Below, piece by piece: positions 1-11,234 of a stretch of DNA of 64,000 bases; position 1 is the first letter of the stretch, and each line of letters begins with the position of its first letter. Location of the stretch: assembly GCA_965178125.1 (NCBI GenBank), contig OZ237749.1, positions 248,001-312,000 on the forward strand, written 5' to 3'. The DNA is from Bilabrum cf. latius. Its lineage: Eukaryota. The translations under genes and the position numbers were made by a program. The notes below the pieces were generated by a model. It was not told where the DNA came from, did no database searches, and worked only from the letters and a program-made list of their open reading frames with translations.

Positions 1-1
1 A

Positions 2-946
2 GCGAATGGGGGTGCTGGCCCGGGATACTGGTGGTCCCAAACGATGGAAGACGTTACTTTGAACGTGCCAGTTCCCGAAGGAACGCGAAAAAAGGATGTT
101 TCTGTACAGCTTACATCAAATCGAGTTCTTGTCGCTCTAGAGCATGACAGTGGCAGCCTGAGTGCCAGTGGCGGGGCAGGCGGTAGCGAGGTTGCGCAAG
201 AGCCGCTCATCTTGCTGGAGGGCGACCTCGGGGGGAACGCTGCCGGCGAGGACGGTGATGAAATGCTTTGGGTCCTGGATACCAAAGCTGAAAGCGTGTC
301 TACCGTTGAGATTGGCGGAAGCCAGGTTGCTTTCGAGGCGCTGGCCAAGGAGGCACTGCTGAGAGCGTAGGCTGCGTCTGGTGCTGGCGTCGAAGGGGGC
401 AGCGGAAATGCAAACACCGCTCAGTCGGCAAAGGAAGCTTCAGCAGACGCCCCAATGTAGCTGGCGTCCAGCACATCCATGAGCAAGGTGCTGCAAGTGA
501 CCATCAGCAAGTCAGAGGAGACATGGTGGAATTCCGCCGTTCGGGGTCACCCCGAAATCGATGCGACGCGCGTAGACTCCAGCAAGCACGTATCTGAGTA
601 CGACATTGGGACATAGAGCACCATACGCAGGCTAATGGAGGACTAGGCGCGGAAAGCGAAGGGGCTGCCATCGGTGGAAGAGGAGCAGGCACAACGCGCG
701 CTTCAGAGGGCCATGGAGCTGCCCGGCGGCTCTCCATTCGCTGGCACTGCAAGCAACGCGGCTCGGGAATAGGGTGGAAGTGACAGTGCAGCAGAGCAAG
801 ATGATGAATCTGCGCCGGTACCCTGCTATGGGACTGGGGGCACCGTGTCTGACCCTTTGCCTGCAGGGGATGGGGGCTCCAGATCGGGTGGTGGCCGTGA
901 TGGTGGAGCAGAGGGTGGCGATGCATTGCAAGGGGGTTCATTGTGA
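2..946 (+). CDS. NudC-family (CS/p23 domain + NudC C-terminal) co-chaperone, 5'-truncated by window edge
   Basis: One frame open from 2 to TGA 944-946 if TAGs at 368, 458, 614, 644 and 770 are sense. NGGAGPGYWWSQTMEDV matches the NudC CS-domain start; WWNSAVRGHPEID...YDIGT*STIRRLMED*ARKAKGLPS...GSPF matches the NudC/NudCD3 C-terminus with *=Q (cf. MMYDQRQK). Confidence 0.88.
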
Positions 947-1444
947 GCAAGTTCTTGGGATTGCCGATGATTGGTGCTACTAGAATCCGATATGATTGGG
1001 TCAGTTCGTGTACGTGGGTCCGCCTATTCAAGCCAAGCTGCTTGGTGGCACCCAGGCACATGACAAGGGGCATGCAGATGGCTGTAATGGCACCTGGGCG
1101 TACCCATGGCTCGCACGAGCAGATAAGGATGTGTCTCGGGCGGTCCGATGGCGATGACGTGCAGGTCTGAACCACCTCGATCACCCTTCACACCGCATGT
1201 CGCCCGCGCGTGCGTGGTGGAAACGCAGTGCAGTCTGTGCATGCGGTCTGAGGTCTGGTTGGTCTGCTAGGGATGTGGGTCCCACTCGTGGGTGTGCACC
1301 ATACGTATCCCGTGTGCACCATACGTATCCCGTGTGCACCATACGGCGATTTTATCTGATTTGTTAAAGTTCCGTGCAATTTGGACACTGCGGAACTTCC
1401 AGTTCAGCCCGAAGTCGGCTGTGCATCAAATCCACTAGCTGCGA

Positions 1445-4400
1445 ATGAAAGGCGAATTTGCGCTTCATGCGGCTCTTATTGCTTCATTTGCAATTTTGAT
1501 TGTTGATGGTAGCTTGGTATTTCGTACCTCTCTACGGATCGGGCCTGGGCTTATCTATAGCGACATGAACAGTCGCAGGCCCGGAATCCTCTCTGTAGCA
1601 ATAAGAAACGGCACCTGGGGCCCAAACCTGCCGATATGTGGCGACGGATTTACAGAAGCTGATGCTCGGGAGTACTGCGTCGGAGAAGATAACGCCGGCC
1701 TTGCGAGGTTCAAGCTGGTTCCCTCGGTTAATGCTTCACTCAGCCAGACGACCATGTCCTGCGAATCAGGATCCTGCACGAATACCCTGCTGACACAGGG
1801 CTGTACATCTGGTACGATAATTGGGCTGGAATGCACCTAGGTGGATCTCGGAATTCTGAAAGAATCAAACTCGAGCGTGCCACCCCTTGATCGCGCCACG
1901 CCAGCGCGGGAGCAGCCAGCGCGAGCTCGAGGGGTCGCAGCCGTGTACTCTCTCAACAGAAACTCTTGGCGATACCTTTCAGAAGGCACATTACCGAGCG
2001 AAGGCGGCAACCGGACGGCAGACAACATCTGCAGGCTTTTGGGATTTCCAGCTGGCGCCGCGACACACGGCGAGGCGACCGCGACCACGAGCGCCATCGC
2101 GCACAAGGACTACCGGCCATCTGGGTCTGTGACGATCACTGTGACGGAGTACGGCTCCCTTCTAGACTGTGATGACGAATTAAACAGCCTGAACGGGTGC
2201 AAGACCATCCGGGACACCTACATCGCGGACGTCGACCAGGGCGTGAGGATCGAGTGCTCCAGGGTTCGGTTCCGCTTGCTCGGTCCAGAGGGCACGGCGG
2301 CTGAAGGCAGTGCCCTGTCCCACCCGCTAGCCGCGGTAGCGACAGGAGCGTTGCACGCTGATCGGTTCTTGGAGCCGCTGCCGGAGGGCTGCGCAGACGT
2401 CAGCGGTGAGTCTGCTGGCTGGGGCGGCACGAGCGCCACGTCTGGTCCAGTGTGCGACCAGCGCATGGACTAGGTCACGGCTGACCGGATCTGCCGGTGG
2501 ATGAACTTTGACGGAGCTTCTAGCGTAACCACTGGCGTTGATGTGAGTCAGCATGGTGGGGGATCAAGTTTTCCGGTGGGCGCTCCAGCGTGTCCAGCAT
2601 CAGCTGACACCCCAGAAGACTGCGGCATTCAGACGATGAGTGGCACTACAGGAGCAAGCAGGTCTAGCAACTCCACTGGGGCATGCAGCCTGCCTGACGA
2701 TGCAATGGAGGGCGCAGATCTCCCTTCGGGATGCGACAGCACGAGCGGCGTGAACCTGACATGCACGAGGTCGCTTGAAGTCAGGCTGATGCCAGAGGAG
2801 AGCGGCGGGTAGCCGCAGGAGCAGTACTCCAGCTACTATCGCCGGGCGCATTTCGACGGGGTTGCGATGGTTCGCGTCCGCGGTTAGATGCAACACAGGG
2901 TGTGTGCCGCAGCAGTGGATTTGAACGGAGATGACGGCCAGTTGATCGGTGACGCAATCTGTAGGTCCGCCGGATTCTCGCACGGTGCTTGGGCGGGCTC
3001 TGTGCGAGTCAGCCACGGGCCTGCCGTTTACTCTAACGCGGTCCCCTCTGGCATCCGGGTGCGATCATGCGCCAAGAATGCTTCAAGTATGGAGGAGTGC
3101 GACTACAGCCTGCTGCAGCCGTCGACGTCCTGGTGGGAAACGGACGACTCGTGCAGCCGCCGGGGCCTCGTCGCAGTCAGGGTGAGCTGCCAGGATAGGA
3201 GCTTTGCTTTGATGCGGTATCACAAGCAAGCAGCTGGAGAGAGTAAGGTGCTATCACCGCAGGCTGCCAGCAACGGGACTGGCATGGTACTTCCTTACTA
3301 GGGTCTGCTTGCCTGGTCCACCGGCATGGATGATGGGGAAGACAACCCGCTGGTGTGCGAGTCGTACCTTCCCAATGACGACGAGATACGCCTTGCTTGC
3401 CAAGAGCTCGGGTTCTCGGGTGCTCAAGGTACCTTTCAGGTTCGAGACGTGGCAGATTTCAGCTACTAGTATTCCTGGCGAGATTCCGCGGGGATGGGCC
3501 GCCCAGAGAAGCCTCTGTCTTGCCCCACCGACTCCAATGTCAGCAGTCTTGGGGACTGCCTTGATTCTGAGAGCTGTTCCACTGGTGACGCTGTTGCATT
3601 GCAGTGCGCAACTCCTGCGGTAGAGCTGATGGTTGGAAACGAAAGTGTGCTGCAGGCAAGACTGGCAATTGCAGCGGGAGATGCCGGTGGTGGTCACACA
3701 ATCCGTGGGGCCTGGGGTCCAGTCTGCTTTGCCCTTGGATCTGCGCTGGATCAATCGTAGGCAGATGGAATATGCGAAGCGATGGGGCTTTCGAGTCCCG
3801 CTGTGGCTTTTGACAACCCGCAGCAGCTGGATATGGTCCCAACGACGGTGCGCAACTTCACTGCAAAGGCACTGCGCTGCTCGAATGGCACCTGCAGCGC
3901 AGATGGGTACTTCGAGAGTGGGTGGGAGCGAGATCCTGTTGTGGGCTGCTCAGTCGTGCAGATTCAGTGCCAGGAGGGACTCGGAGCGTTCGTGCCCTTT
4001 TCTGGTCCTCCAATAGACGATGATGACGATGATGGGAGCAGCTCTGGCGGTGGCAGCTCTGGCGGTGGCAGCTCTGGCGGTGGCAGCTCTGGCGGTGGCA
4101 GCTCTGGCGGTGGCAGCTCTGGCGGTGGCAGCTCTGGCGGTGGCAGCTCTGGCGGTGGCAGCTCTGGCGGTGGCAGCTCTGGCGGTGGCACTGGCGACGA
4201 TGATGATGGTGGGAGCAGCTCTGGCGGTGGCAGCACTGGCGGTGGCAGCTCTGGCGGTAGCAGCTCTGGCGGTAGCACTGGCGACGATGATGATGGGAGC
4301 AGCTCTGGCGGTGGCAGCTCTGGCGGTAGCAGCTCTGGCGGTAGCACTGGCGACGATGATGATGGGAGCAGCTCTGGCGGTGGCAGCTCTGGCGGTGGCA

Positions 4401-4948
4401 GCTCTGGCGGTAGCAGCTCTGGCGGTAGCACTGGCGACGATGATGATGGGAGCAGCTCTGGCGGTGGCAGTGGTGACGTCAACGACCGTAACACAGCTGA
4501 CGACAACGACAATCCGCAGGATTCAATCGGAGATGATGATCAGGGTGACGATAGTGGTGTTAGTCATGACGACAAGACACCTGGCACTGGAGATGGGAGC
4601 GGCGATGGAATTCAGCCACCAGGGCAGGTCCCAGGGTCTGGTGAGGACGGCGACGATGGTCTCAGTGCAGGTGCTATCGCTGGCATCGCAGTTGGTGCCA
4701 TTGCTGTGGTGGCAATTGTTGGCGGGGCCACTGTGTTCTTCTTGGCAGGCGGTTCGCTTATGCTCTCCGGTGCAGCACCGGCTACAAGCATGGCTCCTAT
4801 GGTTGCGAGCCAAGGCGCTGCGTCGACCTCCAAGCCGACTCTGCTCAATGCGTAGTCAGCTGACGGACAGTTCAAGAGCATCAATCCATTGAAGAGCGCT
4901 GCGCCAGATGCCTCCAGTGCGGAGCACGGAGCTGCCGGGTTCGTGTGA
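1445..4948 (+). CDS. Type I membrane protein with several SRCR-like cysteine-rich domains and a Gly/Ser/Asp-rich stalk (~1167 aa)
   Basis: Six track ORFs (1445, 1841, 2501, 2888, 3494, 3782) share one frame joined by 8 TAGs and end at TGA 4946-4948. Hydrophobic N-terminus; repeated SRCR-like motifs (WGPVC, ADNICRLLGF, ADRICRWMNF, GDAICRSAGF, ACQELGF); TM helix LSAGAIAGIAVGAIAVVAIVGGATVFFL. Confidence 0.82.
4036..4470 (+). repeat. Coding 15-bp tandem repeat (GGCAGCTCTGGCGGT, GSSGG) interspersed with TGDDDDG units
   Basis: Directly visible; encodes the stalk of the SRCR-like protein. Confidence 0.95.
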
Positions 4949-5414
4949 GAAACTCTTCGCGTCTTGGAGCGGCAGGCTTCCCAGCGGTGCTGTTGTGCCG
5001 GACGCGCCGTTCTTTAGCGAGTGGGAACCATCCGAATGTGAACAACTGATTTAGCACCAAGTTCTTCGTGTTCTGACTGATCGAGTGCTACAAAACGGAA
5101 GTTGATGTGTCTTCTACGAAACTGGTACCCGGTACTCTGGCATGGATACCATCAATCACTTCGATCTGGCTGCCGCATCAGCGTCATTGCCAAAGTATAG
5201 AATAATTCATTGATGTGGGGAACATCGTGAAGACATGGTGGGACGCAAGGCCCGATAAAATTTGCCGAAACATACAGTGCTAGCTTGGCCTACGCCAGCT
5301 CTAGCCATGTCGCCGGCTCAATTGCCCTCCGTTGCATGTCCAGCGCTCGCTCGTGCATTGCTCATGTCACGCGAGTTCCACTAGCGAGCCAAATTTATCG
5401 GACGGAATAAGGGC

Positions 5415-6542
5415 TTAAAAGCCAAAACCGTCCTCGTCTGAATCATCATCTTCTTCTGATCCTGTGCGTTGCTTTGACCGGCAATCTTGCTTCCAGTCCT
5501 GCTCGGCTTGCACGAGCAGTTTCTCACACTCATCGTGCTTCCCTCTCTGAGCCGCATCTAGAGGTAGCAACAAAGCTCCCTGCATACATCCTTTGATGTT
5601 CAAGCCTCCTGCCAGTACACCGAGACGCAACCGCTTGGCCAGCTCCAGAGGCCTGCCCTCGCTCGCTGCTTGAAACACGAGCTCCGCATCCTTTCGTGCC
5701 TCAGATGCTCGCCTGAATCGAAGTAACTATATGGAGCGAGCAAGCGGGTGCAGGTGTCGTATGGCAGCCAACTCCATTTCATGGGCACACTCGTCGAACA
5801 GAAGCATCACGAACTGCCTAGCAGTCATTGGCTGCGGTTCACAACCCCATGCAATCCGGTTCAAAAGCTCTTGCACCGCATTTTGGAAGCCCGATGGCCT
5901 GTCATCACTTGAACCCATCGCAATGCACTCATCATTCCCATCATCATCTGATGTACCGCCCTGGGATCTTGGGATTCGGCCTGGCTCCAGCTCGAACGCA
6001 GCCAACAAGTCGCTAGCTGCTCTGCCGTCCTCGCTGGGGTAACGTGCTGACTTCTCGTACAAATCAGCCTAGCTGTCAACTAACAGTGCAATTGTTGCCT
6101 CTGGGCTGCCATGCAGCATTGCATGATGCAGCAGGGACCACCCATTCTGCGGGAGAGGCGCAAAGAAAAACGCAATTCTCATGTCATGCGTTCCCATGCG
6201 TGTAGAAGCACCTCAAACGGGTAAAGCTACTTTGAATATGCTTATTGTATTGCTATCGTGGGCTGCTAAATAAAGAGTCGAGGGCAATCGCTCACATTGT
6301 CTCGAAATCTAGGATCTATGCCATGCCGGAGTTTGTCCAAGAACGGGCGTATATTGTTGGCTCTCACGCAATGCGCCAGAGACTCTATCAGTCTATTCTC
6401 CTATGGACAAATAAAGTATGCAACAACACTGAGAACGATTCATGTTGACCAAGCGTACAAGTTTTCTCCGAAAATCTAGCGAAATCAAAAAGTTGGCTGT
6501 GGTATAGCTCACCTTTCGTTCGCACTCGCTATTACTCTACAT
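5415..6542 (-). CDS. Ankyrin-repeat protein, 3 exons (6542-6513, 6400-6296, 6146-5415)
   Basis: GTGAGC donors at 6512 and 6295; acceptors TAG at 6401 and CAG at 6147. The spliced product reads GIDPRFRDN|NGWSLLHHAMLHGSPEATIALLVDSQAD (ankyrin consensus) and ends at TAA 5415; in-frame TAGs read as Gln. Confidence 0.72.
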
Positions 6543-6806
6543 ACCCTCTATCTATGATATATGCCTGCAGTTAATACCTTCTTAGTACTATTACAGGCAA
6601 CAGTACAAGCTATCTGTTGCAGTTGACGCAGTTGCAGTTCGTACGGCGCCGCGGATTTCCCCGTCGTTGGTTCCGCACGTGTGCGCCCAAAGAGTACTCC
6701 CATTGTTTTGCCGAACGGAAGGTCTGGAAACAATAATTAAAGCTGGTCGATGTTGCGAAACTTTGCTTAACTCTCGGATTATTCTACCAAGAGGTCTTGG
6801 CATTCC

Positions 6807-9800
6807 ATGCTAGCTTTTTACATGCTGCTTTCAGGGCTTGGGCTTGCCGCGAGTAGCACAGGACAACACCCTCGGACTCAAATATTTTCAAACCCTGAAG
6901 AATCTGAGTTCTTTTAGAATTCAATTCGACTCGAGACGAGGCAGCGGGCGCTGAAATGGGCTGGGAGGCAGACGCCACAAGCAAGAGCCAGCTAGGACGA
7001 ACCGCAAGTCGAAGATAGTAGCAATATTATCCTCAATTCGAGGTCTTAGCTTCTTCAAATAATGTCAAATCGTCATCACGCAACTGTAGCTGCAGCTGCA
7101 GAGACGGGCGAATCAGCAGCTGAGCTATAGACTTCCCACCACTTGCATTCGTTCATGCACGATCACGACCACGCCTTGGTTTCGATGCTGCAAGTATCAT
7201 CCGGGATCCAAGATATGGGCAAAGCAAGCGAAGCTGCTGGGGGCACGTCTGAGTTGCGTGCAAGCCAGTATTTCGAGCTTATCGAGGATCCTCTGTTGAA
7301 CCTGCTTGTCCCGATCATTATCAAGATCATCATCTCGCTAGCTAAGCAGCCGATCATGCTGGTCCTATGCCAGCTGCTCAGTATTTTGCTCGCAAACTTG
7401 CTGGCAACGCCCATGGCCGAGGCTATTTTCCCGGGACTGGGCCTGCAGATGCCTGGTGCGGGTGCATCAGCAGAGCTGCAGTCTTCGTTGTCCCCATTAG
7501 CGCGCAACGCCATGGCGGCATTCAGTGCTATGATGACAACGACCACCACCACAACCACCTCGTCTACCACGAAGTCTGTGCCTGCGATGTTGCTTCAGGA
7601 AGACGTGGAAGAGGCTGACAGCAGTGCATGGAACAGGACGGCGTGGAGCTTGTCCGATCACGCCGGCGGTCAACAAGACGAGTACCTGAATGGGCTACAG
7701 TTGGATGCTGCCAGGGTGTGGCAGATGAACCCTGACAAAGGCATCCGTTCCAGCTCGGACTCAGTCGACGTAGAGAAGCAGGGCTCCAAGCCGTTGGATC
7801 GCGTGTCGATCAGGGCGGCCTTCATCCAGGAGGCCGCCGACGTGGTGCGGAAGCAGCGCGACAACCTCAGCGCCAAGCGTGACGCAGCTCGGCAAGCCCG
7901 TCGCTGGACCAACAAGCCTCCGCATCACCGCCGTGTGAGCACCTAGTCGGCACTGCAGGCAGAGGTACAAGCTAGCGGCTCTGTATCAATGGTGGACTCA
8001 CCCGACGGTGCTAGCTCAAGTCGTCTGGCTGGAACTAGCGCAGCCAAGCCGAGCATGGCGCCATCGCTGATGCAGACAGGCAGCCGCGCTAAGCTTGGAG
8101 CTGCTACTGCGATGGAAAGCGCTTATGGCGCGTGTGGGGCGAGGAAGAGTCGGTCTGCTTGCGTGGAGCAGCCCCTGCCCGACGGCTCCATCTGTTCGTG
8201 GTGCGAGGCCGATGTGATCGTCGAGGCCGGGGGCGGCGAAGCTGAGGGCAGCAAAGACCAAGGCAGCAAGGACAAAAATGGGCCGAATCCTGCCGGCAGG
8301 CGTTCGCGTGTGGGACGGTGCGTCATGTGCAGAGGTGCCTGGGGCTCGACGGACTACGATCCCGGGTGGCGACACGCCAAGTGGGCCGGAGCAGTGGCCA
8401 ACAATGAGGCAGTGCCTGCACCTGCACCGTCCCTATTGGAGGTAGGTGCAGATGCGGCTGGTGGGCAGGGGTACTTGAATGAGCAACGGCTTGAAGACTC
8501 GCACGCTGAGCGCGTGTGGCTGCAGGAGCTTCGGCAGTGGGGAGGAGCCAGCACGCAAGCTATGAGCAATGGAAGCGAGACTGATGCAGGCTCTCTGATG
8601 CATGTCACGGCCTACACGCAGATGTCTTCATCAGGGCAAGGGCCCGCAATCCCCGCCGAGCATGCAGCGCTCGCAACCGCCAAGGGTCTCGAGGCTCTGA
8701 AGGCCCCGGACGGCTCAGACAGGCAGCTGTGGCACTGCAGTCCCAGGCCAGTCGGCGATGACGCCTGCATAGTCGGACAGAGGCCACCCCCGCCAGATCC
8801 TCGCCCGGCCCTGGATAAAGCGGCCACGGAGGCTTCGAAAGAATTGGGCAGCACGGACGATCCGGGCCAGAAGGTGCCCCCAGGCTTCATCAGGTCTAAC
8901 GAGTGGGGGCCCATCGACCCCGACCCGCCCTCGGAGCCGTTCATGGCTGAGCCCATCGTGGCGACAAACAGCATATCGCAGCGGGTCTCTGCTGCTGCGA
9001 TCGAGGCAGGTGGGGATCAGATCGTGGGGGCCGTGCTGCAGGCGTCCGCGGCTCGATTTGGGAGGGCACTACGCTCGAGGCTGTCGCGCCGCCTGCTCGA
9101 GTCGGTCACCCCTACGCTGGTGAGCAGCGTGCTGCAGCGAGCCATGCCCTCAATCACGAAGGACGTGCGCGCGCTGTACGCCAAGCAGGCGGCAGCTCGA
9201 CTCACGCGCACCGCCATGGTGGCTGCATCGCCAGCCATTGCTGCAGCGCTCACGAGCTCCCTGGGTCGCTCCCCCGCCCAGGACTACTTTTGTGCGCTGT
9301 GCCAGGAGCATGGGGTGAGGGTGGCAGAGTTTGCAACTGGGTCCCATGGGCACGACAGTGCAACTGGGTCAAAGGACGCAAATGGTGGCGAGAAAGGAGC
9401 AAACAAAGGCGACGAGAAGGGCGACAAACCCTCGAACCAGTTGGGCGCCAGCTTGCCGGGCGTGTTCGTGGATCCAGGCGAGCTGGAAGGCCCTTACTGT
9501 GAAATGTGCTAGCACGCACAGCGGGTGTCTGCCAAGGCAGCCAGGAGGGCCTGGGATGTGGCCTATTCATCTGCAACTGAGCTAGCGAGACAAGCCACCT
9601 ATGGCGGGTCTGGTGGGCAAGGAACTGCGCGCGGTGCTTCGATGGCTGCGGCCTCGAGCAGCTTTGGAGGCCCTTCGGGTCCTTTGAGGCACCCCGATAG
9701 GGCAGGCAGCGATTCGCTAGACGACCTAGAAGGCTCTGCTGCGCAAAGCACGCCTGAAAGTGACGCGCTGTCGTCCTCGTTGGGCGCCTTCATGCACGAG

Positions 9801-10064
9801 CCGCGCGCCACTGGACTCAGCCCCGCTGCTGCCGCGCGCGATGCAGCCAGGGCGGCCGTGCTGTCGATGGCACGGGATCGCGGTGTTGCTGCCCTGGCCA
9901 AAGCTGGCGTAGGTGACGGCAAGTCACCTTCGGTGCAGGGGGCGGCTGATGGCGGTGTGTCTACACAGGCAGCACGCGAGGAGCAGCTGGGGTCTCTGGT
10001 GGATAGCGCGGCCGCTGCCAGCCAAGAAGCTTCGGCTGCCCGGCTCAAATCTAAGGACTAGTGA
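6807..10064 (+). CDS. Large secreted/membrane hypothetical protein (~1085 aa) with Cys motifs
   Basis: ATG 6807 starts a signal-peptide-like MLAFYMLLSGLGLAASS. Track ORFs 7143, 7989 and 9525 are in frame via TAGs; ends TAG-TGA at 10059-10064. Motifs CSWC, DYFCALC, PYCEMC. Confidence 0.7.
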
Positions 10065-11234
10065 TGATTCCATGGTTGCGGGATATGTGCACTTGCTCGC
10101 ATCGGATTGTCTACGAGCCGAGAGATAGGCAAGGGAGGGAAGGCTGAGCGGCATTGTGATCTCAGGAAGGCTGACACGAACGCACTCCTATAGGGAATAG
10201 TCGATGGTTCAATATCTTGGAAGACGAGGTCGCAAAGGGGGAGACACTGCCGTACTTGCTCGAAGGATCGCAGTAGGCTCGCAGCATAGGAAGTGAGGCT
10301 GCCGAGAGAACGCCGTCAAAGCCATTATAGGCAGGTGTATAAGGCGGAGAATGATGTTGACATGGAATACGGGCGGACCCACTTGGCTTCACCCCGAACG
10401 ACTGGTCCTTCACCAGCCCACCTGAAGGCGAAGGTACACACCACTTTCCCAATGCAAGTCGACTGTGCTCGTCGCTGCATGGCTTCCCGTCCCTGTTTCC
10501 CGCCCTCTGCTCTGTGCGCCCCCTGCATCGCCACCTTGGCCCTATTCTTTCAGCTTGCACGTACAGGTCCTACCGACCTGCCGTGTGTCCCGTCTGTCCG
10601 CCTGCCTGTTGGCCTTCTGCGCGCTGCTGGCTATGCAGCCCGCTGCCACTCGCATCTCCCTTGTGGCCGGCACCTGGAGCCCCCTTCCTCCCGTTGTGTT
10701 CTCCCTAATGACACCGCACTATCAACTGTGCCGGTGTCTCCCTCTTGTTCCTCGCCACCTCCTGTCCGTTTGCGCCCGCCTCGTCTTCCGGCTCATCTCT
10801 GCTCCCCGTCGCTTCAATCCTGATGTCCGAGTAAATATACCAGTGCGCAACCCCCTGCGCCGCCAAAGCCGGCAGGCGCCGCGCCAGGGGGCGCAGCTCT
10901 TGCTGGGCCCGCTTCCTGCACCTTTTTCGCTTCCCGTAGCCCTGATAAGTTCCGCATCTTCAGGTTGAATTAAATCGTGCGGCATGCGCTCAGCTTGGAA
11001 ACTCCTTTGGCGATCGCTCGCGCCCAGATCCTAACCGGGGGTCCACCGACCTGCTGCGGGCCACCCCCGGCCTCTTGCGTCGGATTCGGGCCGACAAGCG
11101 CTGCATTCCGCGTGCCCCGTTGCCCAAGCGTCCTGACGGCATAAGAGAGAATATATAAATGTTTGAGTCAAAGCACACACTAGCCGATTACAATGACCAC
11201 CCCGAGGGGATCTCAAGTGAGCTACATCTGCCGG

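Noticed and set aside
1292-1345. 20-bp tandem repeat (about 2.7 copies) upstream of the SRCR-like gene
   Set aside because: Real but too short to assign any function.
3964-4892. Pro/Leu-rich and Ala/Val/Leu-rich ORFs over the GSSGG repeat
   Set aside because: Shadow frames of the coding repeat in the SRCR-like gene.
5252-5401. Possible MITE (imperfect CCGATAAAATTTG / CAAATTTATCGG inverted ends)
   Set aside because: Short, imperfect, no clear TSD and no second copy in the window.
10100-11200. Several overlapping ORFs between two convergent genes
   Set aside because: No recognisable motifs and no consistent frame; left unannotated.
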